A stretch of 64,000 nt of DNA from assembly GCA_002633005.1 (NCBI GenBank), contig NMRA01000034.1:1228012-1292011 (forward strand), in the 5' to 3' direction. This DNA is from Phoronis australis. Lineage: Eukaryota; Animalia; Phoronida. Within the stretch, counting starts at the first letter, position 1, and each line of letters opens with the position of its first letter. The notes under the pieces were generated by a model that did not search any database, was not told where the DNA came from, and saw only the letters and a list, made by a program, of their open reading frames with translations. Made by a program: the position numbers and the translations under genes. Below, one piece after another: positions 10,824 through 25,500 of the stretch.

Positions 10824-13800
10824 ATGAATGAAACGGGAGAGTTGCCGAGTGCACCATCGAGTGCCAGTGAATTAGAGGCTGGAAACGATCAACACCAGCA
10901 ACAGCAACAAGTGGATGTAAATATAGACGAGGAAATAAAAAGGCCGCAGTTTGGTACGCGTTGTTTGGTGGACCAAAGTGCTGTTTTTGAACACAATGCG
11001 TGGTACGTCAACACGTGGTTGGTGACACAACTTAACCCTGGCTAAACTATCAAAGTCATGTTACTGTGTGGACACCTTTCAGCTGAATGCAATTGTAGCC
11101 TTCTAAAGGCCTGTCATAGCAGCCGGCACAGAGGTAGAATCAAACGCCTTTACAAGTTTGTTTCATTTAATTTCCTCTAAAGCAGATTGTTTTTACTCAT
11201 CATGTTTACAATTGGTTCTATTGATTTTCCCTCTAGAAAGACTTCAATTTTTTCTTAACGTTCACTTTGTTCAACATCAGTGATGAGCTGACTTAGTGGT
11301 GTTGAGGTCATTACCGTCTTTGCAACAAAGTCTGTCATGTGCTCAAGTTTCAGACAAAATTTACGTCTTCTTGGTGGTTACATAAGATTTATTCAGTAAG
11401 TTGTCTATCCAGTAGAATACATTCAGATGCAAAAATCCCACTGTTTTTGTGAAAATTTCAGTTAATGCCAAATAATTGCTGGGATTTACAAGATAAGACG
11501 AAACAATACAATCCAACATCAGGCAGCACTGTGCGTTTTTGTAAGAAAAGCTGCCAAATGTTGAATTCATGCTGAAAATGGTTTTGTATCCAGCGCAAAG
11601 TTAGCATCCATGCAATTTGTCTATTTCAACTTCATTTGCTTATTATTAAAAAACCAATTCTAGTTTTTTATTGTCAGTTATAGTTATGGTTATCACCATG
11701 TCTGCCATGTAGCAGATATTTGGCGACAGTGGTTTTGTTTAGTCGGTGGTCATGGAGTGCACACTAAGGTTACGATCCACGAATAAATCTTTACATCTAA
11801 TGATACACCAAGGAACCCACTTTCAGATGTGGTATGTTCCCCACTCCTCACTCATGCTGTTGTGAATTTTTAAAATTTTTACACAGCATAAAAGCAGAAC
11901 AACTGCGTCTGTATATTTTGTATTATAATTTCTTAAACCTTTTTTATGCAACATGAAAATAGCGTCACAATTTAAATTGAACATGGATTGCCAATCCGCA
12001 ACACATGCACTTGAATGTGGCCTATATTCTCAATCTGGTAACCCCTGAAGAGCCTTGGTTGAAAACCTTTTTTAAATGCGAGACTTGCAAATTGAATGAA
12101 ATTTTGCTTAATGTTCAGGTTTCGACGTTTGGCTTTTTTTGGTCTTCACTTTTCTGAGTGGTAGTGCAGAGTAACGAGAGTGCAGGTTATGCCATCAGTT
12201 GTATTTTCATGCAGGCATTCTTGCCTGTGACGAGCACTGATGTTTTTGTGTATTCTGACTAACTTAGGGTAGAAAGATTCATGACAGAAACACTGAGTAA
12301 CTTTATTCTGACTACTGGTATTTCTACAGCATTTGCCAAAATTGGAGTTAATTACCAATCGAAATTTATTCTTAAAATAAGGTAGGGTTGCCAATTTTAC
12401 AGAAATTACCAGTTTCTCAATCTACAAACATCATTCCTCTCATGTGTTCAAATAAGTTATATGTCAAAAAATCTGTGATATGTCACATTCCCACGTATGT
12501 GTGCAGTCGCTCTATTTAACATGTTTTCAGGGACAATGTTGTATGGGATGAGGAATTAGAAAAGGAAGCTTTGTCAAAAATAGCAGTCAACTCTCAAGTT
12601 GTGTTTACAGAGGAACAGTTAAGTACGTAGCTCGTTCTTAATTGTTAAGTCCTAAAGGTGTATCAACTTGGCGAAAAGACCCTTATAGCAAAATTAAACT
12701 AAAATGGTCACGTATGGGTTCAGGTATACTTTCATCTCTCATAAGTATATCATTATACTTTTCATCATCCACTGCTTAGGTGCCTAAGACTTACATGCCA
12801 AAGGATCATTTGCATTCACCGTAAAACTGCAGGTTAATGTGCATGTTTATATTTGACTAGGGCATACAATGCTTCAGTAGTTCATGCAAGTTTCTAATGT
12901 GATGTCATTTCGATCGAGCTGCAAAACTTGATCTGCGAACGAAAGGATGGGGTTTGTATTTAGATATGTCTAACTTTGCATTTTCATTGACTTTGATGAT
13001 ATTAGCAGGTCAATCCTAGAATTTTGGCAGGAATTTTCAGTGTGTATTTTCTCATATGGTTAGATAATCAAATGCACATGTCTGTTAATTAAAGAATGTT
13101 CGGTTCTTATTAGTGCATCAGCAACTCTCCTTGCGACAAATTTTTTAAACGTCATGCCTGTGGATGTCAATTTCGAACCTAAGTCATAGGTGGCCTGGCT
13201 CAGGTTAAGAATCCATTGTTTGGGTATGTGCCCACTTAAATTTTCTTGAAATTTTCAACTTAAGCACCCGTCATCCTCCACCCCTGTTTTCCAACCTCTC
13301 CAATTCAAGCGTTCAGGGTGTTAATGCAAAATAATTGTGGGGTGTAATAATATGTGTAGAAGACAAGCGCTCTTTTAAGTTAGATTTTTTATCCAGAGTT
13401 TATGCTACTGTTCTTGCTCTTGGTCACATAAATAAACTTATCACAATTACATAAATTGTTTTTGTTGTCAGTATTTTCACAGTTGCGGATTTCATGGTTT
13501 CATTTTTAGACGACTATGAAGCAAATGCCAACTGCTACTGGGATAAGTTTTACAGTCAACATCAAAGCAGGTTCTTTAAAGACCGACATTGGCTGTTTAC
13601 AGAGTTTCCAGAACTGGATACAGGGAGCAGGTTTTACCAGGTAAATGCTTTATCACTGCTTATCCAGGTGCGTAATATAATCTTGTAGACCTTACATCAA
13701 AGCATTCTTTAATATAAGGTACTCTCACCTGACACGCAATACCATTTACATTTCTCAGTAACACAATTTTCTCATTTGTTTCAAATTTAGAAGCTCATCT

Positions 13801-16800
13801 CTGCTCTTGAGGAAGTTGTATAAATTTTTGATTTGTAAAATTGCTTTGCTATTTCCAACAGGAATCAGTAGACAAAACATTGTGGTCTGGACACAAAAAC
13901 CATGAAGAGGAATTGAATGGTGATATCACAGACCTCAATGATTACCCAGGACATTCAGCTAAAAGGCGATTTTTAGAGGTTTGATCATTTTGGCGACCTG
14001 ATAATCTTTTTGTGTGCAATTTCTTTCATTACCCCATCCTTAAACTATCACAGAACGAATACCTCACATAGTGGTGTTCGCACCGCTCCTACAATAATCT
14101 CAGAAATCTGGAGAAGTTTAATGTTTTAATCAAAAGAAAGACCACAAAAACTACAAATTTGGAAATGACAGAGACGGGAATCAAATTCAGACCCCAACAG
14201 TCAACCGATGCATGTGTCTGAGCAGTCATGTGTTAATCTAAATAGAACCTTCAAATTAGAATGCAACATAGTAAACAGTAAAACTTTATCAAACTTTTAA
14301 ACAAGTGTAAGAAGAAGACTTTATATAGTATGGCTGTCATCAAGTTAAACGCACATTGAATTTGAACATTTTTGGCTATAGTGAGCATTAGAAAAATGAA
14401 AAAATTGACAATTTTGGCTATTATTTTAATTCAGATTTTAGGAAACTTTACCATACCACAGTTTTGTTTTTTTAGCTTATTTCATGAATACAAAGTAAAT
14501 AAACAACACTACTGCCAAAGCTTGCAGAATTTGAATATTACCAACTGAGGCATATTTTGTTTGATTCATAAATTTGAACAGCATTATCATGATAGCTGGT
14601 CAATATATAATTGTGAATTATTGACCCTGTAATACTTTTTTTCAATATGTTTATGTACCCAGAAAGCATATCATTAGTGAATAGTAGATACGGCCAGGGT
14701 TGGGGGGCCCCAACTACTGTCTTTACAACTTACTAGAGTATAATACATCATTAATGATAATAAGTATCTGGAAAATAACTCCTAATGATTGGGTGGATAA
14801 TTAGCCGAGATTATTAAAAAAGGGGGAGGGAACGGGAAGGGGAAGGACTTTCATACACTCATTCACACTCACATTCACACAGTTTAATTAACTTATGTTT
14901 ACATTTACTGCTTTATAACTCTGTAATCTGTTGAGATCAGTAGTAATTGGTATTATAGCACCACCAGGTCAGGTTGATTATGACTAGGATGGCTTTGCAT
15001 AATTTGCACGTGCCTGGCAATGATCTTTCTCACTATGTCCTGTCACTTTCAGGTTGGTTGTGGAGTTGGCAATACTGTGTTTCCAGTGCTTCAAACAAAC
15101 AAGTAGGTCATATTTTGTTTACTGTCTTCGTCCCCCACTGCATGTTAGTGTGAAGCGGGAGACTTACTATGGTATTCACGACTATCCATACTTCAAAGTG
15201 TTGTTGGCACAATGTATAGCCAAGAAGCTTTAGATTTTTTGTTTACATTCTGTACCGAGGTGTAAGTGGACATCTCCGGGGGCCTGTTTCATGAAACTTT
15301 CTGACCGAAATCAGGCAAACTTAAGACCAAAATGCCTTAGCCCCATTTCATGAAATTTTTGAAGACCAGAATTGTGATTGAAATTGGTCTAAGCTAAGAC
15401 CCAAATCGACGGAGTAGGCTTAAAATTGGACTTTTGGTCTAAATGACCTAGGTTTAAAAATATCATCACTGTAAACTGTTGAGGTACAGATTTCGTTGAT
15501 ATAGTAACAATGTCAAATTGGAGATCATTCAGCTTTTGATTCGAGAACCGGCAAAGGTAGTATAGACAATGCAGTGTGACTTGCAAGCACATGATTGTGA
15601 AATAGTATTTTCCTGCCATACCCAGGTCTTCTCAAGCAAACGAGATCGCATCAGGACAAAAAAATTGCATAAAGCGTGTGAAAGTGTAGAATCAAGGGTG
15701 TTTTTTAGTGGTAGCTTGACAAGTTGAAATTTTGACGTGCAGCAATATCGAATTCCAGAATGCAATCTGAGTCATAGTTTTTTGCATCGCAAGTAGCAAC
15801 CTGGCCAAACTAGAGCTGTCAAGGGCTGATTATACTTCAGAAATCACGCTACTGCGGCAAATGTTTTGAACTTTCGGTCTGTGGACTTGAAAAGCGATAT
15901 TTTGTCCTACCAATATTGTCGTATTAATTTCTACTACCTAACACCTTTGTGTAGGAACTGTTCCACACTTCGAGTTTCCAGTTTGTGTAATCAGACGTAC
16001 ATGCCACAAGTTAAATGTGTGAGTTTACCCTCTAGTTTGTAGTGTTTTCCGAACACGCAACTTCACAAATCTCATTCATTAAGTATTTGCTGTTTTTTTA
16101 TGTTTAATACTGAAAATATATGGTTAAGGTTGTTGATCTGACATTCAGAACTGGAGAGTTAATGTAATGAGTCTCGATCTTTTCTTGCAGTGACCCCACC
16201 TTGTTCATGTACTGCTGTGACTTTTCAAAGACTGCCATTGATATTGTCAAGGTAATGCCTTGTAGTTATTGTCATTTTTGTCTGTCCAAAATTAGGCTCA
16301 CATGTTCCTGTCAAGGAGAAAATAATGTCTGCAAATTTTTGGAAAGGTTGTATTAGCACAGAGTTCACTACTAGCATTGTATTTTTAGCTACAATAGGGC
16401 CGTCCCGTATCACATAGTCACTGATAGAATTCTCCTTTATCCCATAGGTAAGGAAGCACGTTGTTTTCATTAGTTTTGGAATGTCAGGCACATTTTGGGA
16501 GGTCATGCTGGAAACCGTCAAGGTGTATGGCTGTTTTTAAGTATTCCCGATTTCAACTGCTAAAAAGTAATAGAGAATTAAAAGCTATCTTCAAGAAATG
16601 GGATTCTCTTCAGTTTAAAATTTTGAACGAACTTGCTTTATCCAATCGTTCTGAATTTTCTTGTCTTTGATTGATGTCTGGGAAGGCGATGAGATTAACT
16701 TCACGCATCCACAGACATTTATTAAGTTCGTCCAACTTTCTCCCGTCGGAGTTGCAGCCCGTAGCACAACTGTTACAGTAATACTTTGTTGGTATTGGAA

Positions 16801-19800
16801 GGATGAATAGAGTAATGCAGCCAAGATAAACATGACAACAATAACATATGGAACTCCAATGGTGCGAAGTACAAAAAGTGCCTGAGGGATATTGCAGCAT
16901 AGTGTGTAAATACAGCAAGATTCAAGTATCGGTGTGTAATCCAAAACAGCCCTATTAACTTTTTATGCACCCACATATGATTAGGTGGGTGCAGTATGCT
17001 GTCATTCCCATCTGTTCGGCATCCGTCCCATGTCCAGCATTTGCTACTTTATCTCCAAAACCCTTCTATGCTATGTTCATGAAAGTTTTCAAATGATATG
17101 TTCCTTTCATGGATGGGACAGCATAAGCAAATTTTCATTTGGATCGGACCACCCATATGCCCTATAGGGGCAATTGAGCTTGTTTTACATTTACCTCAGT
17201 CTCAATCTTCAGAGTTCCTTAACGGATTTTCATAAAATTTGGCAAAAAGGTATGAAGGGTGAAGGTGGAGATTGCCTGGGATCATTTAGATGAGCTTTAG
17301 TCTATAAATAAATGTATTCTTCATTTTATGGAATTCAATACCTTCAGTTGAATTTTCATTCATTCAATTCGTTTTATGCACCCACATATCTATACACCAT
17401 ACCACTCAAAGGATCATTATGATAATTGGCAGATGTATTCCTACTGACGAGAGCACGACTGACATGGATTTTTCAGATGAGTTTAATTACTGTTGTGTAC
17501 CCTAGTGACATTGGTTGCATCTGTATTTCCTAAACCTCCTTGCAAGATCTTTTGAAAGTTGGCAAGTGTATTCCTATAAATTTAACTGCAGATGAACGGA
17601 TCGGACTACTGCTTCGCCTCCTAGTGGCATTTTGTTTTTTTCATGTTTGCCTCTGTAATCTGTTACTGAATATTTTCATGAAATTTAGGATACAGCTTTT
17701 TACATGTATGTAGGAGACCAAGACAACTTGCCGTTTTCAGTTGCATTCAACGTAATCTCCCCAACGTGATGAGTCATTTTTATACCAGTGAACACTACTA
17801 GAAGCAAACTTTTTGCAGTGCAGTCATTGTCATATTTCAGTGTTCTGCGATGCTCTTGTTAGGTATATTTGCGCTGCTCTAGTTATGTGTAGTAGCATTG
17901 CAATTTCTTTCCAGATTATGTTCAGACATAATCTAATTATAGAAGTTTGTTTGCAATACACTTTCACAAATTTAACTTGTAGATATTATGCAGCAGTCGC
18001 TCTTATTGTTTCTACTTTTTCTTACTTTTTGGCAAGACGGTTGATGGACGTACCTGCCGAAACATGTTGTAATTGAAACGCTTTTGTTTTTGTTCAAGCA
18101 TTACTGATACTTGTCACTTCAAGAATTCTTTTTTACCTCAGGAACATGTACATTACGACGTATCCAGGTGTCACGCTTTTGTGCTTGATATCATTGATGA
18201 AACTGCTGTCATGCCATTTCCCAGCAATAGTTTGGATGCCATCATATTGATCTTTGTCCTAAGTGCGGTAAAACCTGACAAGTATGTTAAACCTTATAAT
18301 AATTATAACTTGTTGGAAATTACTGGGAGTTTTGTGCAAAAGTGACTTAATTGGATTACTCAAATGTGAGCATTTCTTGTTGTAAAAATGTGGGCATTTC
18401 CTAAGAACCCTAAATTATAGAGATCCCAGCACCCTGGCAGCAAATCAAAATTAACGAGTTTGAAGTGCTTTCCTTGTGCTTTGATTCTTGTCTATGAAAG
18501 TTTTGTGTTCTTTGCCAGGGTAATGTTTACGGGCCCTTGGACTATTTCTAAATCATTAGTGTCGGGATGCATGTTGCGGGTTACTTACAACCGACTACAA
18601 CCCATTACCAGTAAAATTAGATCAACTTTCATTGAGTTTGGCTGTACAAACTTTATCAAATGCTTGACCGCGACAATATGTCGAGACATCACAACATTTT
18701 GGTTACACTTTGACAGTGAGCAGTATTACAAGACCCGAGCCCATGTTCTCCTTTCCATCACCTACAGTCTCGAGTTCACAAGCTGTGAAACTCTGTTTTT
18801 TATCGGGCGTAAATGTTCCATCTTCTGCTTGCATGTTGTGTCCCTGCAATAACAAACTGACCAGCCACATCCTCCTAGTGGTTTGCCTGAAAACCAGTTG
18901 CCACTAACAATGCAGTCGGTTTATGGTTTCATCTGTTATTTTCAAAACGCAGGTGTGTGTCTGCTCTCGTAGTCTGAGGGCTGCCAGGAAATTCTTCCCG
19001 CATACTTCCTTCCCACGCACACATTTACGTATATTTAATGACAGTGTATACACTGGACCCTACCACAAATGTCAACAAAAGGGGGCTCTTATTGGCTTTT
19101 ATAGCTCAGAAAAAATAATCTGGAAAATTGGTCTGGAACCTGCTCACCATTGTCCTTGTCCTTGATGTAGTGGTGCTTATCAGGGAGGGTTTGGTGTTTC
19201 ATTCTGTTGCAATGCTATAAGGAAACTGTTGGCATTTTGTTGATGAACAAGTTTGATAAAACCATTTACTCATTGGTAGGTTGTAATTGACGTGATGAAA
19301 ACTCTTAAGGGAACATTGAAAAGTCTTAATTTTGTGAGAACTCCTTTCATGTTTCTTCAAATAAACGAATTGTCCATTGTCAACACAAAAAATACATTCA
19401 AGTTTTTCAATGACTGAAAATTTGAACCCATGCTGTACGTAACGTGCCACTGTATTGCTCATGTAGGATGCAGTCTGTGATAAATCGTCTCGCGAGATGT
19501 CTGAAGCCTGGTGGAATGATATTGTTCAGGGATTATGGCAGATACGACATGGCACAACTCAGGTTTAAAAAGGGTAAGATGTCTTCGTGGACGCTGTGAT
19601 CCTTTTCTTTTGCCGATTTAAAATAGCTGGCTTAATTTTCATTTCACTGAAAATATTTGGTATTAGTACATTATGTAACTGGGAAATTAAACACTATTTG
19701 CTTTTTGTTTTACAGGTAAATGTCTTGGAGAAAACTTCTATGTTAGAGGTGATGGAACCCAGGTGTACTTTTTTACTCAAGGTAAATTTTTATAAATTAT

Positions 19801-20788
19801 TTTAGTATTTGCTAAAAATTTATAATGTTCTTGTTCAAGAAGTCAAGTGGTTCTGAATAATTAGGAATTGGACTTAAATACTATATTACAATCCTGCTGA
19901 AACTTGGGTGTATTCACGTAGTTGATTTGAAGTGTGTTACAAATTTTAAGTAAGAATTAATTTATTAGTTTTCTAACTCGCCATCAGGTGACTTATAGTT
20001 ACGTCTGAAAAGATCACCAGAACTTGAAACCGAGACTAGTTCAGTGTTCTGTTGGTAGCATTGGTCAATCTCTGTCCTGACTCGGGGCATGAACCTGGGA
20101 CTAGACCACTGACATAAGTGGTACCACCATTCAGTTACAGAAGTCCAGTCAGACTTATAGGAGACATTGGTTCCCAACTACTGGCAGAGTTTGCGAGAGC
20201 TATGTTCTGTCATTCACTTTGGGTGTAGTATATTTCTAAACCATGTCATAACGGAACTAAAAATTTCTTAATACTGAAACGCGTTGATGGTAACAATTTA
20301 CTCCATGCTGATGGTATAAAACAACTAGGTCAACCTACTGATTGTTTTAACCCGTGGTGGTATATATGGAGCCTGCTGGTAAATGAAGGTAAACCAAGAA
20401 TTGTATGCTTTAGCTTCTAATGTAATTTAACTTGGAGACCTTATTCTGAATTACCAATTACAAAATACAAATACCTGGGAGCATAATTATTGCGATACAT
20501 TACCGGTATTTCTAGTTTTGATGCAAGTGCTACCACATATTGTGATTCTACTGTTAGACAACTTGCTGCACTTATCACGAACTTAAGTGTGAGGGATGTT
20601 GGTTTAATTTTCCTTTTTCTATCATCAAATATTATTTATCAGATGACCTCAGGAGACTGTTCACCCATGCTGGTTTGGAAGAGAGGCAAAATTTGATTGA
20701 CAGGCGTCTTCAAGTCAACAGAGGGCGCCAGCTGAAGATGTACAGAGTGTGGATACAGTGTAAATATCAGAAACCATTCCCCACGTGA
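10824..20788 (+). CDS. METTL2: Methyltransferase-like protein 2 (tRNA N3-methylcytidine methyltransferase, Trm140/METTL2 family), 10 coding exons, 362 aa
   Basis: Exons 10824-11002, 12531-12622, 13510-13640, 13862-13978, 15053-15102, 16191-16251, 18142-18281, 19467-19573, 19716-19781, 20643-20788 join in frame (1089 nt) with GT-AG introns. Motifs: [43 protein letters not shown] motif [81 protein letters not shown]. An in-frame TGA lies just upstream of the ATG. A likely 5'UTR acceptor is at 10735. Confidence 0.95.
16961..17700 (+). mobile_element. Same HINE-like family, degraded copy/copies in a METTL2 intron
   Basis: TTTTATGCACCCACAT heads at 16961 and ~17372, ATCCGTCC, CGCCTCCTAGTGGCA at ~17615. 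Confidence 0.6.
20075..20145 (-). mobile_element. Degenerate tRNA-derived SINE-like head
   Basis: Minus strand reads TAACTGAATGG...GGTTCATGCCC (A/B-box-like). Confidence 0.35.
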
Positions 20789-22585
20789 CAAAAACTTGGC
20801 TTAACGAAAATGAAGTTTCTTGGTGTCCAGAAGTATATGTCAACACAATTCCTGTAAATTGTGAATCCAGATTCGTAGTCCTATCTTCATTTTATGTAAT
20901 TTACTGAGACAGGAATGGTCTTGTTCATGGACTTTCCAAATAAGGTACAGTGTACCTTATGGCAGATAATTGCTTGTTTTAATCTCATCAAAGCATTGCC
21001 AAACAACAGAGAAATTAAAGCTCCATGCAGCATTCATACACATTTTCCAAAAAGCTTGGTGGATTTTTGTCCCACTTCCCTCGTCGTCATGGTGCTAACC
21101 TGTTACTGCACCATGGGAATCTGTTCGTTACACCTCAGGGTGATTTTACTTTTGCTGGGCTTTTAACTTGAAGAGACCTTATATAGAAGTTTTCCATCTT
21201 GCCCTTCTCTGTTGGGAAATGCACAAGTTCTCTGTAGTCATGTTGAAGATGTGGATCAAAGTTAGAAAAATATAAAAAAAAACTCTGAAGTTGCACTCAA
21301 AAACAATTTAAATGCTTTTAATGATGGTCCTGTACATGTATGTGCCTGTACACTATGTGTCACCTACAAAATGATGGATTTGTAATTTGTGTTGGTGTGG
21401 AAGTATTGCAACAAATCCTGAATTAATGTACGTGCAGTCTGAACATGTTTTAGTTTTTAAATTGTGTGGCTGCAAAGTCTAAAATTGCAATGAGATTTGA
21501 TAGCAAAGTGACCTTTATTTACCAGCTGTATCTTCCATTTTCAAAAATCATGTACATGTACATTCACTGTCTATAGCAATTCATGAATTTTTACTAATTA
21601 ATGACCTCTGGGTGTGCCACCTCATGAACTGTTTGCCCTCTGGCTCCTGTCACGGAGCATACTCTTAGCATCTGAATTCCAACCATGCACAAGCACTCTT
21701 GTCATAGACATTGCATGAATCGTAACACAATACATTGCAGAATGGCAAACAGGCACTTTCAGACCTAAGTTGATGAAACTAAATAAACATTTCTGATACT
21801 AGAGTATTTGATCAATGTTCCACACCACAGGGTAGTGGCCTTTGGTGTTCAGTGAACACTTTTCCGTATTTTTCCATGGTAAGGTGCCTTGTCTGTTATT
21901 CAGGTTACGTGGTGTTTTGTGGAGGGTGGTAAGGGTTCTACTTCATTGGAAAACTTTTGTAGCCTGAGGTAAAGGTATGTTCCCCTGAGTGCTTTTCATA
22001 TTGTTGATTTCATTGTTTTCTGATTAAGAGTCTATTTGAAAGTTTTCTCCAAATAGTCCTAACCCTCAAACAGGTACATTTCTCCAATACAGGCAATGTA
22101 ATGCTCACTTTCCATTACTGTTCTGAAGATAGTAGGGCTAAGCATAAACTTGTATGGTAATTGCTGGAAAGAAATTGTTTTAAATACAATTTATTCAATG
22201 GCAAATTTCAATTCTGTTGTTTTCACTTTTATTTGGCAGAACCTCACATTTAATGAAGCAATTTAATCAGTACTCAGCAATGAAAATAAATACAGGTACA
22301 GTGTATCAAATATCCCATCAATTTCTACATATCTTGTTCTTTACAGAATACAGCAACCCACAGTCGTGACAATAAGCTACAAATCCCATACATCTCTCCA
22401 GGACCAACTCTGTATACAGAGTTGGTCCGTACAGTGACGTTGACCATTGCACCAACCCTCTGTTGCTAGTGAGGTGGTCATGGCAGCAACATTTGTCGTC
22501 GAGATTCAACTCATCAGGCTTGGCTTGAACATGTCCCCCGCTGTTACCACGTCTCCTTTAGTGTCGCCAGTTGTAATTGATCAGA

Positions 22586-25500
22586 TCACAGCAAGGTGTT
22601 GGTTAGAATCTCGTACACCATTCGCCTGCGAAAGTACGGCATGTCCTCCTGAATAAGAGTGGGAACAATTGAGATATTTGAAGGAAGACTTCATCAAAGA
22701 TTTCCAATCAATTTTTAATTCTTGAACAAGGCATCACGATGGTCCCATGCAGGATTGTTGCTGAATGTGCTGGCAACTCGAGTCACAGGCAGGGCATACA
22801 ATGTGCTATTTTTGAATTTGAAATTTCAGGGTCGGCCAACTCCAATAAACTCTGAAGCATTTTTGTAAGTCACTGATGGTTTTGATGTTCTTTTTGGTAA
22901 TGGAAATGGGATCCTATCATGCGAAGGAATAATACGAGACTGATTTTATGAGTAAAGTGGTTTGATTCAATTTCTGGCAGCTAAATCCAAAATAAATTCA
23001 GTAATAACATTATTTCACCTTAATTCTAATGAACTCCAAGCTAATTCAAAACTATGGTTTTACAATAAATGATGTTCAAGGAAATAAAAACCATTATAAT
23101 AACACAATGACAATGCAACAATTTGCTAAGCACTGCATTTGCACGTGTTGCAAATGTCATCACAGGAGTTAACTGCTTTTTACACAAAAGTCATGTAATA
23201 AAGACAACCAAAAGCAATGTGTTGATGTATGCTCACTTCAAATAGTATGTTTCTAGATATGCTCATCAGCTTCACGATAATCGAGCTTTAAAAAACAATT
23301 CTGTCCAAGCCCAGAAGTTGCATCTAATTTGATTAAGGAACAATTTGCAACCAACTTCATAACATTAAATGTGGTCTGGATCTAACATCGTTTTCTTTGA
23401 CAGAATGAGTGTCTATAGCAACTTTAACTGTGTTGATAAATTGTGCAGTACCTGTGTGAAAGTAATCTCTGCTTTTCTGGTGATATACTCCGCATATTTA
23501 CAGGCAAACATTCCACAATCGCTGCCATTCATCTGTGATGGAATGTCCTAAGAAGACAATTAATGCTAAAACAATATTACAATTACAAAATTGAGAATTA
23601 CATTGACCACATTATGCGCTAGACCAATCACTTTAGAAACGATATCATAGTTTGTATTCACTTACCACAAGATGGATGAATTGTGATAAAACACTGTGTG
23701 ATTTTAATACCTGAAAACGTGCGAGAACAGCTGCAATGAAATGCACCCATGTCTGCACTGCAAACAGAATGTTTCTAGGAGTGTCATTAGAATCGTGACC
23801 ACACTTCAGTTGTAAGTTTGTCACTTAAGCCAGGCATAAAGCCACATAGACTTGGATTAAGAGGAAGAGGAGATGAATCGCAACACAAATATCAGCAAAT
23901 TTGGCCTCGACTGAAATTCAAACGACGAAGGACTTGCATTCAAACATCTCTTTTTACTGGTATGTTGTGGAATGAGATTTGAAAGAAGGCTATTTATAAC
24001 ATAAGTTGGAGAGCAGTCACGGAGCCAATCTCGAGTTATAAGTCAAGTAACTCAAGTTGGCCACTACATGACAGCTGAAAATTGACTGGTGCTGGTACAT
24101 GATTGTACATATAACAGCCTTACACTTCTCTGTCAAGGTCCATCAGAGCATTTCTTGAGCCACATTGACAATTAATCAACAGACAAGCAATATAGGAGCT
24201 ATGGTAGTCCAGTCTGTATGATCACCAACTGGCGAGGACACAACCCAGTCATAAATCCTTGTGTTAATTTTATCAAAAGCTGCCACACCATTATTACAAC
24301 AGGCAAGAAATATATTTTAACTAAGAGAACCAACAAACGGTTGCCATGGCAACCAAATGTATCCAAAGCTCTGATCACTCGAAGGAGAGGGGGTTTAGAA
24401 AAGACGAATCATGACAGGAAGGCGAGTAGACTCAAGGTGACACACGAAAGTAACAACAGACAGACGGATGGGGCAACATTTTTGTGAGCTCACAATAACA
24501 CTTACCTTGACAATTTCGTCAGTCCAATCAGACATGTCAAAAGGTATGTTCTTCTTATCCATACTTTCATCTTGCAGATACTGCCGCAACGCCCGTAAGC
24601 AGCCATGGTTCTTACCACCCATGGAGTCAAAGTATCGCAGCCGCTTAGTGTTGAAGTCTACAATCTGAAAACCGAACACCATCATGGAACGAGCAAAATG
24701 TACACCATCATTCTGAACATTAGTTCCAAATCAGTCATGTAATGCTACAAACTATTGAAAAAGTAATGCACACCAGCAAAGGCGCAAGGGTCTCGCCTCA
24801 CAGCCCTGTGTTACCCATTTAGATCTGGTATAATTCACCAGCTTTACATTACAGGTTATTGCAGAACCATCGATGGGTCATATTAGTTGAAGAAAACAGA
24901 CCTGGCCACCTTGACAATATCACAGTTACACACACAGAGCTGACAATGCTGATTTTATCACCACCACATGAAACATTATGGCACCACAAACGGAATGCTT
25001 CTAGAGGTGTTGGGTTAGTACAAAAAAATTCCACTAAATGGCGCAGGATATACTAAACCTTTGAAAAATGGGAAAGCATTGTCGTCGGCCAAATTTTACG
25101 AAAAGTCATCATGGAACACCAAATGTGAAAGTGTAAAAGAAATTGCCAATAGATGGCACAGCGGTAGTCGAATCCATCTAAAAGAAATCGTGATCTGTTG
25201 CCAAGTTCAGAGGAAAACACTAGCCAAATTTCATAAAGATCCTGGGCTTGGTAAAGGCAGCTGCAAATGCAAAAAACAATGCAACTCGGCGCACCACAGT
25301 AGGTGGACACGTAAGCAAATCAACAACCTCCAATTTTTATAATAATCCTCTGAGCTGTTTGGTGGATACAGTGGTTGAGGACTCACAAAAAATAAAAATA
25401 GCCAATTATGTTCTGCCAAATATGTTGAATCTGTCCAAAAATGGTAAGGCGTCGTCATCTTTCTAATAATATTTATTTGACTATCAAATTTCATGAGAAT

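Noticed and set aside
11279-11340. GTGATGA C-box-like start of an intronic snoRNA in METTL2
   Set aside because: No suitably placed terminal D box, closing stem or recognisable rRNA guide.
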